This document shows, piece by piece, positions 63,053 to 64,000 of a stretch of 64,000 nt of DNA. The notes beneath the pieces are model-generated. The model ran no database searches. It had not been told where the DNA came from and saw only the letters and a program-made list of their open reading frames with translations. Both the position numbers and the translations under genes were made by a program. The stretch comes from an uncultured Candidatus Izemoplasmatales bacterium (GTDB lineage Bacteria; Bacillota_I; Bacilli_A; Izemoplasmatales; Izemoplasmataceae), in contig CAZXSS010000001.1 of assembly GCA_964643385.1 (NCBI GenBank), positions 5,283 through 69,282 on the forward strand. The letters run 5' to 3'. The first letter of the stretch is position 1, and each line of letters opens with the position of its first letter.

Positions 63053-64000
63053 CTATAATATTGGGGTGAATATACTCAATAACCCTTCGAACAAGCGGGT
63101 GACAATAGAGCGGTTGCTCCATGAGGCGTAGTCAAGTTTTTCTGAGTCTTGTTTGTCTTGGATGAAATGGTCAACAACATCTTGAACTGCGTCATGGGTA
63201 ATGAGTGCGGTAATTTCAAAGTCGATGACGGCTGAGCGGTTATCAAGATTATATGATCCTACACTGGCTAGTTTATCATCAATGATGAGGACTTTTGCAT
63301 GGCAAAACCCTTTGGTATAACGGTAGATATTAATACCGTGGTTTAGTAGTACGGTTGTATAAAACTTCGTGACGTTATAAACAAGCTGTTTGTCTGGACG
63401 ACCTGGGATAATGATTTCAACTTCAACCCCGCTTTGTTTGGCGACGATAAGCGCCGTCAACATCTCTTGATCGATAGCCATATAAGGGGTCATAATGCGA
63501 ATGGTTTTTTCTGCGTTCATAATCATTTTTAAATAGACATTACGAATATGCGCTTCATTAGAATCGGGTCCTGATTGGAGTATTTGGGTGATGCCGTGAC
63601 TTTTGACTTTATGGATTGGGTAGTAAAAATCATCGGTAATAAAGGTATTCGTATTATAGTAGTAATCTTTGAAGAAAATCGCGGTTAAGGATTTAACAGC
63701 CTCACCTTCGATTTTGATTTGGGTGTCTCTAAAAAAGTAATCATAGGCAATGGAATTATCGTATTCATCAGCTAAGTTCATGCCTCCGGTATACCCGATT
63801 TTACCATCAATAACGACAATTTTTCTATGGTTCCGGTAATTGATTCTGGTGTTAAAAAGCGGAAAAAAGATGCGGTCATTGATGAGAAAATCAACCTTGC
63901 TTTGGTAGAGACGTTTTTTCATTTTACGTGATAGTTTAGAAAGTCCAAAGGCATCGCCAATAAGTTTGACACGGAGGCCTTCGTCTGCTTTTTTCATCAG
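63053..64000 (-). CDS. cls: Cardiolipin synthase (PLD superfamily), C-terminal about 315 aa; N-terminus beyond window
   Basis: Two HKD motifs (HRKIVVIDG...GGMN and CHAKVLIIDD...GSYNLD). The frame stays open to nt 64000, so the ATG at 63997 is not the true start. Confidence 0.88.
   Translation of the reverse strand: MMKKADEGLRVKLIGDAFGLSKLSRKMKKRLYQSKVDFLINDRIFFPLFNTRINYRNHRKIVVIDGKIGYTGGMNLADEYDNSIAYDYFFRDTQIKIEGEAVKSLTAIFFKDYYYNTNTFITDDFYYPIHKVKSHGITQILQSGPDSNEAHIRNVYLKMIMNAEKTIRIMTPYMAIDQEMLTALIVAKQSGVEVEIIIPGRPDKQLVYNVTKFYTTVLLNHGINIYRYTKGFCHAKVLIIDDKLASVGSYNLDNRSAVIDFEITALITHDAVQDVVDHFIQDKQDSEKLDYASWSNRSIVTRLFEGLLSIFTPIL

Noticed and set aside
63995-63997. ATG at 63997 offered as the start of the cardiolipin synthase ORF.
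   Set aside because: The first HKD motif would lie only about 57 aa from this Met and the frame remains open to the window edge. The gene is truncated by the window, so this is not its start.
1-64000. CRISPR arrays, tandem or long dispersed repeats, IS/transposase or integrase genes, prophage modules, tRNA or rRNA genes, and TGA-as-Trp recoding.
   Set aside because: None seen by eye. ORFs are long and uninterrupted under the standard code, and Trp positions in conserved motifs are TGG. A computational repeat and tRNA scan (tRNAscan-SE, CRISPRCasFinder, self-dotplot) would be needed to exclude short elements.

Overview
AT-rich (judged by eye, not computed), very gene-dense chromosomal segment with about 60 CDS, most on the minus strand. 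It looks like a low-GC, apparently anaerobic, fermentative Firmicutes/Tenericutes-type bacterium using the standard genetic code; the lineage is only a guess from gene content. I saw no rRNA, tRNA, CRISPR array, IS element or prophage signature. Content from left to right:
- tkt (partial), the sufC-D-S-U-B Fe-S operon, an MgtC-family gene and pyruvate:ferredoxin oxidoreductase.
- A kinase-fold gene, an MBL-fold gene, an 838-aa hyper-acidic PrsA-like lipoprotein and an SDR epimerase.
- L25/Ctc, yhaM, a cytoplasmic pullulanase, cca and yigZ.
- An ApbE-centred extracytosolic flavinylation island: NusG_II protein, 74-aa membrane ORF, PplA-like FMN-binding lipoprotein, degenerate RnfD-like and RnfC-like pair, ApbE lipoprotein and Gx transporter.
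- An EAL phosphodiesterase with a degenerate GGDEF domain, then two DegV operons coupled to PadR and MarR regulators.
- NfnAB-like ferredoxin:NADP oxidoreductase.
- An odd five-gene operon: LURP-one-like, Zn-ribbon SAM methyltransferase, 2-hydroxyacid dehydrogenase, RdhA/QueG-family Fe-S protein and Smr.
- A compact OLD/DUF4435-like ATPase-Toprim protein divergent from a class II photolyase.
- Two tandem fused ABC-FtsX (MacB-like) transporters and a polytopic HD-GYP protein.
- An eight-gene lysine fermentation operon (maoC-kal-kce-kdd-kamA-kamC-like-kamD-kamE).
- A double-FtsX permease, gpx, tetR, a third DegV, pirin, a PduO-type adenosyltransferase, an ABC-2 exporter and cls (partial).
Strongest leads:
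1. An unannotated lysine (L-box) riboswitch precedes the lysine-catabolic operon. Its aptamer 3' strand is itself the 5' arm of the terminator, which implies a lysine-ON switch.
2. The ApbE/PplA-like island contains an orphan, motif-degenerate RnfC/RnfD pair.
3. The mini OLD-like ATPase-Toprim gene and the heterogeneous operon next to it.
All functional calls come from motif recognition by eye; no database search was run.
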